Assembly: GCA_965242965.1 (NCBI GenBank)
Contig: OZ251518.1
Coordinates: 2,336,001-2,400,000 of the forward strand
Length of the DNA stretch: 64,000 bases
Source of the DNA: Candidatus Poribacteria bacterium
Lineage (GTDB): Bacteria > Poribacteria > WGA-4E > WGA-3G
Reading direction: 5' to 3'
Made by a program: the position numbers and the translations under genes
Notes under the pieces: model-generated
Told to the model about the DNA's origin: nothing
The model's database searches: none
Seen by the model: only the letters and a program-made list of their open reading frames with translations
Part shown: piece after piece, positions 10,313-18,823 of the stretch
How the letters are laid out: each line of letters begins with the position of its first letter
Position numbering within the stretch: the stretch's first letter is position 1

Positions 10313-10933
10313 CTATCCTTTTTGAGTTGGGTGTATCTCTGTTGTTTCGCCGCGATGCGTAACAACCTTATCTACGATGCCGTATGTGCGTGCCTCTGCC
10401 GCTGTCATGTAAAAATCTCTATCGGCATCGGTGGCGATTTTCTCCATCGGCTGCCCGGTGTGTTTCGCTAAGAGTTGGTAAAGCCGCTCCCGTTCTTGCA
10501 AAATTTCGGTAGCGTGGATGCTAATATCGGAAGCTTGTCCGGCGATGCCGCTCACCATCGGCTGATGAATGAGTGCCTTAGAATGCGGCAGCGCGTAGCG
10601 TTTTCCCGGCGCGCCCGCCGCGAGGAGAATAGCCCCCATGCTGTAAGCGCGGCCGAGACACCACGTCTGCACGTCTGCCCGGATATACTGCATGGTGTCG
10701 TAAATGGCCAAACCGGCAGAGACAGAACCGCCGGGGCTGTTGATATAGAGGATAATGTCAGCATCCGGGTCCTTCCCTTCCAGGAAAAGCATTTGCGCGG
10801 TGACGATATTCGCGACGGCATTATCATCGATGGGTGAACCAATCATGATAATCCTGTCTTCAAGGAGCCGAGAGTAAATGTCGTAAGTGCGTTCACCACG
10901 GCTGGTTTGTTCAACAACAAAGGGGACAAGCAT
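10313..10933 (-). CDS. clpP: ATP-dependent Clp protease proteolytic subunit
   Basis: [38 protein letters not shown] (Ser), IHQP (His), DRD. Confidence 0.96.
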   Translation of the reverse strand: MLVPFVVEQTSRGERTYDIYSRLLEDRIIMIGSPIDDNAVANIVTAQMLFLEGKDPDADIILYINSPGGSVSAGLAIYDTMQYIRADVQTWCLGRAYSMGAILLAAGAPGKRYALPHSKALIHQPMVSGIAGQASDISIHATEILQERERLYQLLAKHTGQPMEKIATDADRDFYMTAAEARTYGIVDKVVTHRGETTEIHPTQKG

Positions 10934-10934
10934 A

Positions 10935-11080
10935 AGCAGGATTTCCAGGATTTTCAAGATTGCTAGGATTACAGGATATGTTCATTCACATTTCCTGGGA
11001 AGTCCGAAGCATAATTTACAAGATTCACAAGATGTCCACGAACGGAAACCGGCACATGTGCCAGAACTTTACAAGATACG
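10935..11080. repeat. Second copy of the AGGATTTCCAAGATT-type repeat
   Basis: aagcaggatttccaggattttcaagattgctaggattacagg at about 10934-10976, with further tttacaagat motifs downstream. Confidence 0.7.
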
Positions 11081-11101
11081 TTCAAGGACAGTCTCTTCCG
11101 T

Positions 11102-12406
11102 TCAAGTTATGATAAGCGACTGGCGTGTGGATGCCCGTTGGATGAGGAACTGAAAGATTTTCTCGTGCTGCAACTGGCTCCGGAAATCTTCCAAGCGGTT
11201 GCTGGATTTGAGCAGGTTCGCGTAGACTTGCGCGTCTCGGTTCTGATGTTCGGCGGCGCGGCGCAGTTCGAGTTCAAGTTCATCGTCGGTGACGTGAATG
11301 CCTTCGCGTTCGGCAATCGCGGCGAAAATCCACGCCTGTTTAATCTGTTTAATGACATCTGGCCGCAAATGGGTTGGGAGCCCGATGTTTTCCGTGCTGC
11401 CTATCTCACCGGCTGCAGCTTTCTGTGCATTCTCCGCGGCGAATTGCCGTTGCAGGTTCTGCAGTGCCTGCTGCACTATCGTTTCCGGCACGGTGATGTC
11501 GGTTTTCTCAATGAGTTGCTCCAGCAGTTCTGTGCGCTGTCTGTCTACCTGCCGGCTCCGCTCCTCCTCAACGAGGTTATTCCAGATAACGCCGTAGAGT
11601 TGGGAATAATTCTCATATCCCAGGTCCTTCGCGAATTCGTCATCGAGTTCAGGTAGCAACTTTCGCGTAATGGCGTGCAAGGTAAGTTCGTAGTGCGCGG
11701 TGTTCCCGGCGAGGACAGGCGAGCGGTGATTCGCCTCAAACGGAATCGCGACGGTTTTCGTATCGCCGAGTTCCATTCCGAGGAGTTCCGCCTCCAATTT
11801 TTCGTGAAAAATGCCTGCCCCGAGTTCTACGTCAACATCTTGCTGCGATTCAGCCTCAATGTGTTCACCGTTGATAAAACACTCCCAGTCAAGGCGGACG
11901 CAGTCCTTCTCTTGGACAGGCCGTTCGTCTTCCAGCGGTTCATACGTTGCCGATTGGGATTGCAGTTGTGCGATATACGCGTCAACTTCCTCGCGCGGTA
12001 CATCAACGGGTGCTTTGTCTGTCGTCAGTTCATCGTAAGGCGGCAAATTGAGACTGGGGCGGATGTCCACAGTGGCGGAGAAGGTGAGCGGCTGATTCTC
12101 GCGGACGCTGAGCTGCTTGAGCGGTGGCGAGAAAACAGGCTGCGCAAGGGGTGTCAAGTGCTCCGCATAGATAGCCTCTTCATACCCGCTAACGACAAGA
12201 TGCCGGACGACTTCGCTGTTGATGTATTCGGGGTATCGCGATTTTAGGATAGAGACGGGGACGCGCCCCTTCCGAAAGCCGGGAATCGCCACCTGATCGC
12301 GGAGGGACTGATACGTTTCCTCCAAGGCCTGATTTACATCTTCAACGGAGACCTCAATATCCAAACGGACTTGCGTGCTGTCTAGCCTTTCAACTTCAAC
12401 TTTCAA
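11102..12406 (-). CDS. tig: Trigger factor
   Basis: Ribosome-binding motif IPGFRKGRVP, FKBP-like middle domain, conserved tig-clpP-clpX-lon order. Start TTG 12406 (MKVEVERL); alternative in-frame ATG at 12442. Confidence 0.93.
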   Translation of the reverse strand: MKVEVERLDSTQVRLDIEVSVEDVNQALEETYQSLRDQVAIPGFRKGRVPVSILKSRYPEYINSEVVRHLVVSGYEEAIYAEHLTPLAQPVFSPPLKQLSVRENQPLTFSATVDIRPSLNLPPYDELTTDKAPVDVPREEVDAYIAQLQSQSATYEPLEDERPVQEKDCVRLDWECFINGEHIEAESQQDVDVELGAGIFHEKLEAELLGMELGDTKTVAIPFEANHRSPVLAGNTAHYELTLHAITRKLLPELDDEFAKDLGYENYSQLYGVIWNNLVEEERSRQVDRQRTELLEQLIEKTDITVPETIVQQALQNLQRQFAAENAQKAAAGEIGSTENIGLPTHLRPDVIKQIKQAWIFAAIAEREGIHVTDDELELELRRAAEHQNRDAQVYANLLKSSNRLEDFRSQLQHEKIFQFLIQRASTRQSLIIT

Positions 12407-12596
12407 ATGTTTCTGTATGGCCGCAAAGCAGCGTGCGGCCATCTCCTTATTTTGGCATGTGCTCGGATGAACCGGGTCAGCGTCGTCTGAGTCACTGCAT
12501 CGCGCGCGTGCATGCAGCCGGCACGCGGGAACGTCATTTATCACCTAGCATGTTGTGGGCCACGCCCGCAACCTACGCAACCTACGGGTTTCAGTA

Positions 12597-12681
12597 TGGG
12601 CGAGGAGGGACTTGAACCCTCACGAGGCGTAACCCCAATAGATCCTAAGTCTATCCTGTCTACCAATTCCAGCACCCGCCC
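12597..12681 (-). tRNA. tRNA-Leu(TAG)
   Basis: GGGCGGGTGCTGGAATTGGTAGAC...ATAGA-CT-TAG-GA-TCTAT, long variable arm, GGTTCAAGTCC. Confidence 0.95.
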
Positions 12682-12734
12682 AAGATGGGCGACGTGCGTG
12701 CCACCCTTTGGGCCATACAGTTCTACAGAAAAAT

Positions 12735-12807
12735 TGCGCCGTGAAGGAATCGAACCTTCAACCGCCTGATTAAGAGTCAGATGCTCTGCCAATTGAGCTA
12801 ACGGCGC
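12735..12807 (-). tRNA. tRNA-Lys(CTT)
   Basis: GCGCCGTTAGCTCAATTGGCAGAGC, anticodon arm TCTGA-CT-CTT-AA-TCAGG, GGTTCGATTCC. Confidence 0.95.
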
Positions 12808-12934
12808 GCCTTTTCTCGCTTCAACCCCGACAGTATCGCCGGGAGGGACGGGTTTCCCATGCCGTCCCAACTCCTCTTTTGCAATCCCCCCGTAGTGCGA
12901 GGTAGGAGACGACCTCGCACTACAAGCCGAAAAA

Positions 12935-13007
12935 GGTGGATGATGGGATTTGAACCCACGCCCACTTGATCCACAGTCAAGTGCTCTACCCCTGAGCTAC
13001 ATCCACC
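12935..13007 (-). tRNA. tRNA-His(GTG), G-1 encoded
   Basis: GGTGGATGTAGCTCAGGGGTAGAGC, anticodon arm CTTGA-CT-GTG-GA-TCAAG, GGTTCAAATCC. Confidence 0.95.
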
Positions 13008-13025
13008 ACAAAATTTCCGCTCAAA

Positions 13026-13099
13026 CACGCCTAGCAGGAATCGAACCTGCAACCTACGGATTAGAAATCCGTTGCTCTATCCGATTGAGCTATAGGCGC
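13026..13099 (-). tRNA. tRNA-Arg(TCT)
   Basis: GCGCCTATAGCTCAATCGGATAGAGC, anticodon arm ACGGA-TT-TCT-AA-TCCGT, GGTTCGATTCC. Confidence 0.95.
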
Positions 13100-13104
13100 A
13101 TCAA

Positions 13105-13179
13105 TCGGGGCGAGAGGATTTGAACCTCCGACCTTCTGCTCCCAAAGCAGACGCGCTAGCCGGGCTGCGCTACGCCCCG
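13105..13179 (-). tRNA. tRNA-Pro(TGG)
   Basis: CGGGGCGTAGCGCAGCCCGGCTAGCGC, anticodon arm TCTGC-TT-TGG-GA-GCAGA, GGTTCAAATCC. Confidence 0.95.
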
Positions 13180-13266
13180 AAACTCGCCGTGATAACATGA
13201 TTTCACGTCTTGTGCTTATCTACATCACCAAACTGAAGAAGCGGGTTTCAATAAGCAGTTATGTTA

Positions 13267-13295
13267 ATTATACCACATTTTAACGCGTTTGTCAA
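13267..13295 (-). promoter_or_regulatory. Consensus sigma70 promoter for the tRNA/tig-clp-lon run
   Basis: TTGACA-17 nt-TATAAT with a TG extension. Confidence 0.85.
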
Positions 13296-13312
13296 ATTAA
13301 ATTGCAAAATTC

Positions 13313-13341
13313 TTGCTTTTTTTTCTTTCATCTGCTACAAT
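13313..13341 (+). promoter_or_regulatory. Divergent sigma70-like promoter for the DUF58 gene
   Basis: TTGCTT-17 nt-TACAAT with a TG extension. Confidence 0.6.
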
Positions 13342-13407
13342 TTTTCGCAGTTAACATCGTTTAAACAGCGACGCATCCCCTATTTTAACGCAAGTGTGGC
13401 ATTTTTT

Positions 13408-14313
13408 ATGCTCAAACCGGATTTTTTGAAACAACTTCACCCTTACTCTATCCGCTCGCAACGCCGCTTCCGAGGCACATTGAAGGGCGAACGCAGCAGC
13501 CTTAACCGCGGAACGGGCATCGAATTCGCAGATTATCGTGCATACGAACTCGGCGATGATCTTCGGTATGTTGACTGGAACGTTTACGCGCGCTTGGAGA
13601 AGCCGTTCATCAAACTCTTCCAAGCAGACGAAGAACTGCCTGTCTCGTTGCTCATCGATAACAGCCGCTCGATGCAGTTTGGGAATCCGACAAAGTTGAC
13701 ATGCGCCAAGCAGCTCGCCGCCGCGCTAGCCTATATCGCAGTGGCACACAACGACAGCGTCGCCGTTTATACGTTCGCGGAACGTCTCGTATCAGCTTTG
13801 CCGCCGACATCGGGCACATCGCAATTCTCACGCATCACGAAAGCACTCTCAGCAATTGAAGCACAAGCAGGAATCGAAGGAACCCGAATCACTGACTGCC
13901 TCAGACATCTCGCTACACATCAACCGTGGCCAGGTATCGCTGTCATCTTCTCCGATTTTTTTGCGGCGGACGGTTACGCATCCGGCTTCAAGTTATTGGC
14001 GGGACGCGGGTTTTCGCTAATGGCAATTCAACTGATGAGCCCGGAAGAAACAGACCCGAGTCACACTAGCACGGTAACCCACGGGAACCAGTGGCAATTA
14101 GAAGATGCCGAGACAGGCGAAACGCGAGCCATTACGATGAATGAAGATACACTCGCGCAATATCGGCATGAACACAAGGCTTTTTGTGACGACTTGCAAC
14201 GCTTCTGTGCGAAACGGGGTATCGGCTACGCGCGTTTCAATTGCGGCATGCCGATAGAAACGTTCGTTTTGCAGGAGCTGCATCGCGTCGGTTTCCTTCA
14301 GCGGAAACGGTAA
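13408..14313 (+). CDS. DUF58 (vWA-like, MoxR-associated) protein
   Basis: GTGIEFADYRAYELGDDLRYVDWNVYAR, LIDNSRSM, IFSDFF. Start at ATG 13408. Confidence 0.88.
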   Translation: MLKPDFLKQLHPYSIRSQRRFRGTLKGERSSLNRGTGIEFADYRAYELGDDLRYVDWNVYARLEKPFIKLFQADEELPVSLLIDNSRSMQFGNPTKLTCAKQLAAALAYIAVAHNDSVAVYTFAERLVSALPPTSGTSQFSRITKALSAIEAQAGIEGTRITDCLRHLATHQPWPGIAVIFSDFFAADGYASGFKLLAGRGFSLMAIQLMSPEETDPSHTSTVTHGNQWQLEDAETGETRAITMNEDTLAQYRHEHKAFCDDLQRFCAKRGIGYARFNCGMPIETFVLQELHRVGFLQRKR

Positions 14314-14357
14314 TATAATCGTAAGGCAAGGAAAACCTGGCCACGGAGAAACAAACC

Positions 14358-14906
14358 ATGCACAAACAGAATTTGACATCAGACATTCGCATTGAACTCA
14401 TCCAAGGCGACATCACCAAAGCGCAGGTAGATGCCATCGTGAACGCCGCGAACAGGCAACTTATCGGCGGAGGCGGTGTGGACGGAGCCATTCGGCGTGC
14501 GGGTGGAGACGCAATAGAAACCGCATGCGCCCGGATTCGTGAACGCCAAGGCGGCGTGGAAACCGGTGCCGCCGTAATCACTCCCGGTGGCAACCTTCCG
14601 GCAAAGTATGTTATTCACACCGCCGGGCCCGTGTGGGAAGGCGGCACAGCCGGCGAACCCGACTTGCTCGCCAGTTGTTATCGCGAGAGTCTCCAACTCG
14701 CTGTGGAAAACGGCGTGCAGACTATCGCCTTTCCGTCCATTAGCACCGGTATTTACGGATATCCGCCAGAGAAAGCGGCGGCTGTCGCACTGCGCACCGT
14801 GAAAAAATTTGTCGCCAGCGGCGGTTCAGCACCGACATGCATCCAATTTATTCTATTTGACGATGCCACTTATCAGTGTTACGCCGACGCGTTAACTTCG
14901 CTTTAA
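14358..14906 (+). CDS. Macro-domain O-acetyl-ADP-ribose deacetylase (YmdB-like)
   Basis: [41 protein letters not shown]. Confidence 0.92.
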   Translation: MHKQNLTSDIRIELIQGDITKAQVDAIVNAANRQLIGGGGVDGAIRRAGGDAIETACARIRERQGGVETGAAVITPGGNLPAKYVIHTAGPVWEGGTAGEPDLLASCYRESLQLAVENGVQTIAFPSISTGIYGYPPEKAAAVALRTVKKFVASGGSAPTCIQFILFDDATYQCYADALTSL

Positions 14907-14963
14907 ACAACATTCCGTAGGGCGGTGGGAAAACCTGTCCCTCGCCATTGAGGAGCACTCAAA

Positions 14964-16184
14964 ATTCAAGGCAACAGATTTAGCCGAACTTCACTCATCT
15001 TGCCCATCTATATTCCCGCGTTTCTCCTCGCGACAGGCGGCGGCATTGTTTCCCCGACGCTCTCGATTTATGTGAAATCGTTTGAGTTGTCCTATACGCT
15101 GACAATGATTGTCCTCGCGGTGGGGGTGATTGGAAATATCCCGGCAGGCTTTTTCGTGGAACGGCTTGGGCGCAAAGCGTCCATGTTGCTCGGCTTAAGC
15201 ATGATAGGCGCGTCAACGGTTGGGATGGGTATCGCGCAGAATTTCGTCCAACTCATCGGCGTGCAGCTGCTTGGCGGTATCGGCAACGCGTTTTGGATGC
15301 TCGCCCGCCACGCCTATATGACAGAAGTCATTCCGATTGCGAAGCGCGGCAGAGCGATTGCGCTGTTCGGCGGTGTGAACCGGATGGGCACCTTCGCCGG
15401 GCAGTTCGGTGCGCTTTTCCTCGGCACGAATCTCCGCATTCCGTTCTTCGTATACGCAGGCATTGTGCTGCTGAACCTTGTCCTCTGTTTTTTCTTTATT
15501 CCCTATATGCCGCCTGCACTCTCGCACGCCACTGGGAATAAAATGCCTTACGTCCAGCGGTTGTCTCATGTTTTCCATGTCCATCGGCGCATCCTCGCTA
15601 CGGCGGGGCTCGGCCAGGTTTTCGTGCAAACGATTCGCCGGGGCGCGCACCTCATTATTCCGCTCTACGGCGACGAAGTGGTAGGACTCACAACGCAAGA
15701 AGTGCGCTGGACGGTGATGATATCTTCGGCGGTGGATATGTCCATGTTTCCCATCGCCGGATTTATGATGGACAGGTTCGGCAGACGCTATGCCACGGTG
15801 CCGGGGATAGCTATCTTCGCCACAGGGATGGCACTCATGCCGCTTACCCGAACGTTCGCGGGGTTACTGGCGGCAGCCATTTTCATGCGCATCGGTAATG
15901 GCATCGCATCCGGCACGATGATGACGCTCGGCGCAGATTTAGCACCCCGCGAAGACTTGGGTGTTGGCAGCGGCACCCCCAAAACACCGCTTGTCACGAA
16001 GGGAGAATTTCTCGGTTTGTGGCGGCTCACCGGCGATTTCGGCGGCGCGGCGGGCCCTGTCGTTGTCGGCAATGTGGCAGATCTACTCGGGTTGAACTAT
16101 GCGGGATATGCATTAGGAGGGCTCGGTTATCTCGCCGTGGGGATTTTCTTGCGGCTGGTGCCGGAAACGTTGGAAAAAGAATAA
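14964..16184 (+). CDS. MFS transporter; probable ATT start at 14964 (ORF track uses TTG 15000)
   Basis: About 12 hydrophobic segments, MFS motifs VERLGRK and MDRFGRR. SD GAGGAG at 14950-14955. Confidence 0.85.
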   Translation: MQGNRFSRTSLILPIYIPAFLLATGGGIVSPTLSIYVKSFELSYTLTMIVLAVGVIGNIPAGFFVERLGRKASMLLGLSMIGASTVGMGIAQNFVQLIGVQLLGGIGNAFWMLARHAYMTEVIPIAKRGRAIALFGGVNRMGTFAGQFGALFLGTNLRIPFFVYAGIVLLNLVLCFFFIPYMPPALSHATGNKMPYVQRLSHVFHVHRRILATAGLGQVFVQTIRRGAHLIIPLYGDEVVGLTTQEVRWTVMISSAVDMSMFPIAGFMMDRFGRRYATVPGIAIFATGMALMPLTRTFAGLLAAAIFMRIGNGIASGTMMTLGADLAPREDLGVGSGTPKTPLVTKGEFLGLWRLTGDFGGAAGPVVVGNVADLLGLNYAGYALGGLGYLAVGIFLRLVPETLEKE

Positions 16185-16190
16185 TACCAA

Positions 16191-16500
16191 ATTAATCTGA
16201 GGGTGTTTCATAACTCCGTTTCAGTATTTATCCCCCCTTGCGGGGCGGACGAATACCGATAGAAAAGAGAGGAGGGCGCGCATCGGGCCCACCTCTGTAG
16301 TTCGGGAGCGCCCGCTCCCGAACGGGTCAGGATCAGGCGATCCTGACCTACAGGGATGAGGAGGTCTGCTAGCCAAACGCATGGCGAGGGACAGGCCCTC
16401 GCCCTACGGTGAGGGTGGCGTTTTTTCGTAGCGCGGGGGCCCTCGGATGCCATCCGCGCATCCGAGCGGGTTTCCCCCGCGAGCGTTGGAGTGCGCGTGG
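16191..16500. repeat. REP-like palindrome cluster starting at a TIR-like end
   Basis: ttaatctgagggtgtttcataactc followed by GTAG-headed palindromes (gtagttcgggagcgcccgctcccgaac, ggcgagggacaggccctcgccctac, gtagcgcgggggccctcggatgc...). Confidence 0.85.
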
Positions 16501-16517
16501 GTATCAGCGCAAACTAT

Positions 16518-17504
16518 CTACCCCCAAGTTTCAACGCGATAATCTACGTTTGCCCGGAGGTGATAGCGTTCCCAAAGCCGACGTTCCAACGGCTCCAAAG
16601 CGAGTTTGGACAACTCAATTCCCACCCAGTGCCGATTGAGTGCTTGTGCCGCATCTAACGCCGTGCCGCAGCCACAGAACGGATCGAAGACAATGTCGCC
16701 GGGATTGGAGGAGGCTTTAATGATGCGTTCTACCAACTTTACCGGTTTCTGCGTCGGGTAGCCGAGTCGCTCCTTATCATTTCTAAAGAGCGGTTTGATG
16801 TCATCTTCCGGCATCAACCCGGTATCCACCCACCAATCGCGCATCTGTGTATCCCGATATTTCTCAAGTTTATCCCGTTGCACGCCGAGGCGTTGCCCGC
16901 TCGCCGTATGCGGTTCCGGTAAGGTGGGAACGTAACTCTTTTGCGTCTGTGGATGAAAACGGTTGTTTGGGCTTTTTGTGTAAAAAAGGATAATGTCGTG
17001 CTTGCGCGCAAATTGACTGGGCAGCTGCGGCGTGCCACCGGTTTTGTATCCCCAGACAATCTCGTTTCTGAAATTCGGCGCGCCAAAGATCACATCCATC
17101 ATCACTTTCAGATAGTGGCTGGCGTGTGCATCACAGTGCAGGTAAACGCTCCCATCGGGAGTCAGCAGCCGCCAAATCTCCGCCAAGCGCGGTGCCATGA
17201 AGGCGAGATACGCGCGCATCGATGCCGCGGTTAAGAAGGCGTTGAAACCGTTTAGGCAGTGCGATAGATTGTCCATCGTTTCAACGAGTTCGGGGTGTCT
17301 GCCATCGTAGTGGAGGACAGCGGCTTGATTGTCGCGCGCAGCGGCATTCCATCGCCACGTGTCTTCAAAGGCTTTCTGTTGCCGAGACGTGGTATAGTCG
17401 CGGCCGCTGTTGTAGGGAGGATCGAGATAGCAGAGGTGGTAAGTGCCGCCCTCCATTTCTCGCATCACCTTGAGGTTATCTCCGAAATAGAGTGCGTTTT
17501 GCAT
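16518..17504 (-). CDS. Orphan beta-class amino-DNA methyltransferase (N6A/N4C)
   Basis: YFGDNL, YLDPPYNS, YPTQKP, DPFCGCGT in beta order. No adjacent restriction endonuclease. Confidence 0.9.
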   Translation of the reverse strand: MQNALYFGDNLKVMREMEGGTYHLCYLDPPYNSGRDYTTSRQQKAFEDTWRWNAAARDNQAAVLHYDGRHPELVETMDNLSHCLNGFNAFLTAASMRAYLAFMAPRLAEIWRLLTPDGSVYLHCDAHASHYLKVMMDVIFGAPNFRNEIVWGYKTGGTPQLPSQFARKHDIILFYTKSPNNRFHPQTQKSYVPTLPEPHTASGQRLGVQRDKLEKYRDTQMRDWWVDTGLMPEDDIKPLFRNDKERLGYPTQKPVKLVERIIKASSNPGDIVFDPFCGCGTALDAAQALNRHWVGIELSKLALEPLERRLWERYHLRANVDYRVETWG

Positions 17505-17525
17505 GAACGTTTCCCTGAATAAAAA

Positions 17526-17611
17526 TGCCGGGAAAGGGACTCGAACCCTTACGCGCGTAATGCACACTAGAACCTGAATCTAGCCTGTCTACCAAATTCC
17601 AGCATCCCGGC
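17526..17611 (-). tRNA. tRNA-Leu(CAG)
   Basis: GCCGGGATGCTGGAATTTGGTAGAC, anticodon arm CTAGA-TT-CAG-GT-TCTAG, long variable arm, GGTTCGAGTCC. Confidence 0.95.
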
Positions 17612-17663
17612 AGATGTCTCGTCACAATAGGGCGAAGCCCCAACAAAATGACACGATGTATAT

Positions 17664-17692
17664 AGTATACCCAAAATTTTGCGATTTGTCAA
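17664..17692 (-). promoter_or_regulatory. sigma70 promoter for tRNA-Leu(CAG) and the methyltransferase
   Basis: TTGACA-17 nt-TATACT. Confidence 0.8.
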
Positions 17693-17720
17693 ATTAAAAT
17701 TGCAAAAAATAAGATTAAAC

Positions 17721-17749
17721 TTGCAATTTCGCCGAAGATCACATATAAT
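17721..17749 (+). promoter_or_regulatory. sigma70 promoter for the LamG gene
   Basis: TTGCAA-17 nt-TATAAT. Confidence 0.7.
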
Positions 17750-17839
17750 TTTAAGAGACAGGAACACCTCGCAAGAGTCGCGGTTTCAAATCGCGTCTAC
17801 AAGAAACGACAGAATTTACGTATCAGAAGGAGTGAAAAT

Positions 17840-18598
17840 ATGACGTTAAGGCTAATTTTCTGCGTCACGCTCGCGCTCGGTATCAGCATCGCTCACCAGA
17901 GTCCCGCCGAAATCGACCCGGGTAAAATTGTCGGGATATGGCTACTTGACGAGGGCAAGGGCGATGTCGCCGAAGACGCATCCGAAAACGGGTTTGACGG
18001 CCAGATTACCAAAGGCGAATGGGTGGACGGCGAAGTTGATGGCGCGGCAGAAATCAAGAAGGGCGGCACCGTCACTATCCCTGTCGGCGAAGGCGCGGTA
18101 ACGGATAAGATGAGCCTCATCTTGTGGATTCAGTTTACCGAGATCGGCGGGCAACAAAACTACTTTTCCATCTGGGATCAGAGCGACAACCGCTATGTCC
18201 CGTATAAAAACGGTGGAAACTTGCTCCGCAGTTGGACGAATTCTTGGGACATCAGCAGCGGCGTAACCGTGAAGGCTGGCACGTGGTATCACGTCGCGAA
18301 CACCTACGATGGCAAAACGGCGAGTATCTACGTCAACGGTGAGGAGAAAATCGCGCAAGGCGTGCCGAAGTTCCAGCTCCAAGAACAAGACCAGACGGCG
18401 TGGCTCGCCACCGATAAAGGCACCGGGTTCCTCTCCGCCTGTATCATGGACGAAGTGGGACTCTTCAACGATGCCCTCTCCGAAGACGAAATTCAGGCGA
18501 TTATGAACGACGGCATCTGGCATACGGCGTTTGCCGTGGAACCGTCGGATAAGTTGCCGGTGTTGTGGGGCAAATTGAAGCAGCGAAACTCCCAATAA
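17840..18598 (+). CDS. Secreted LamG/concanavalin-A-like domain protein
   Basis: Signal peptide, GIWLLDEGKG, WYHVANTYDG...IYVNG, DEVGLFNDALS, and C-terminal AVEPSDKLPVLWGKLK. Confidence 0.88.
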   Translation: MTLRLIFCVTLALGISIAHQSPAEIDPGKIVGIWLLDEGKGDVAEDASENGFDGQITKGEWVDGEVDGAAEIKKGGTVTIPVGEGAVTDKMSLILWIQFTEIGGQQNYFSIWDQSDNRYVPYKNGGNLLRSWTNSWDISSGVTVKAGTWYHVANTYDGKTASIYVNGEEKIAQGVPKFQLQEQDQTAWLATDKGTGFLSACIMDEVGLFNDALSEDEIQAIMNDGIWHTAFAVEPSDKLPVLWGKLKQRNSQ

Positions 18599-18810
18599 GC
18601 GCGGTTTCAAACCGCGCCTACGGGAACAACAGAAACGCCTACGGTAGGCGCGGTTTCTAACCGTGCCTACGGTAAGGGAATGGGTAGGCGAGACCTCCTG
18701 GTCTCGATGCCTTTTTGGGTTTCTAACCGTGCCTACGGTAAGGGAATGGGTAGGAGAGCCCTCCTGGTCTCGATGCCCTCTAGGGTTTCAAACCGTGCCT
18801 ACGGTAAAGG
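18598..18810. repeat. Tandem REP-like modules (GGTTTC(A/T)AACCG(C/T)GCCTAC alternating with GTAGG-GAGACCTCCTGGTCTCGATG)
   Basis: Four copies of ggtttcWaaccgYgcctacgg and two near-identical units of about 65 bp. Confidence 0.85.
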
Positions 18811-18823
18811 AACGGATTAGCGT

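Noticed and set aside
12433-13052. ORFs overlapping the tRNA cluster (also 17567-17767 and 30032-30217)
   Set aside because: They lie over clear tRNA genes.
12597-13179. None of the tRNA genes encodes a 3' CCA
   Set aside because: Common in many bacteria; CCA is added enzymatically.
18598-18810. Regularly spaced repeats resembling a CRISPR array
   Set aside because: The spacers are themselves repeats, the units match dispersed REP families, and there are no cas genes. The same applies to 41083-41510 and 58490-58680.
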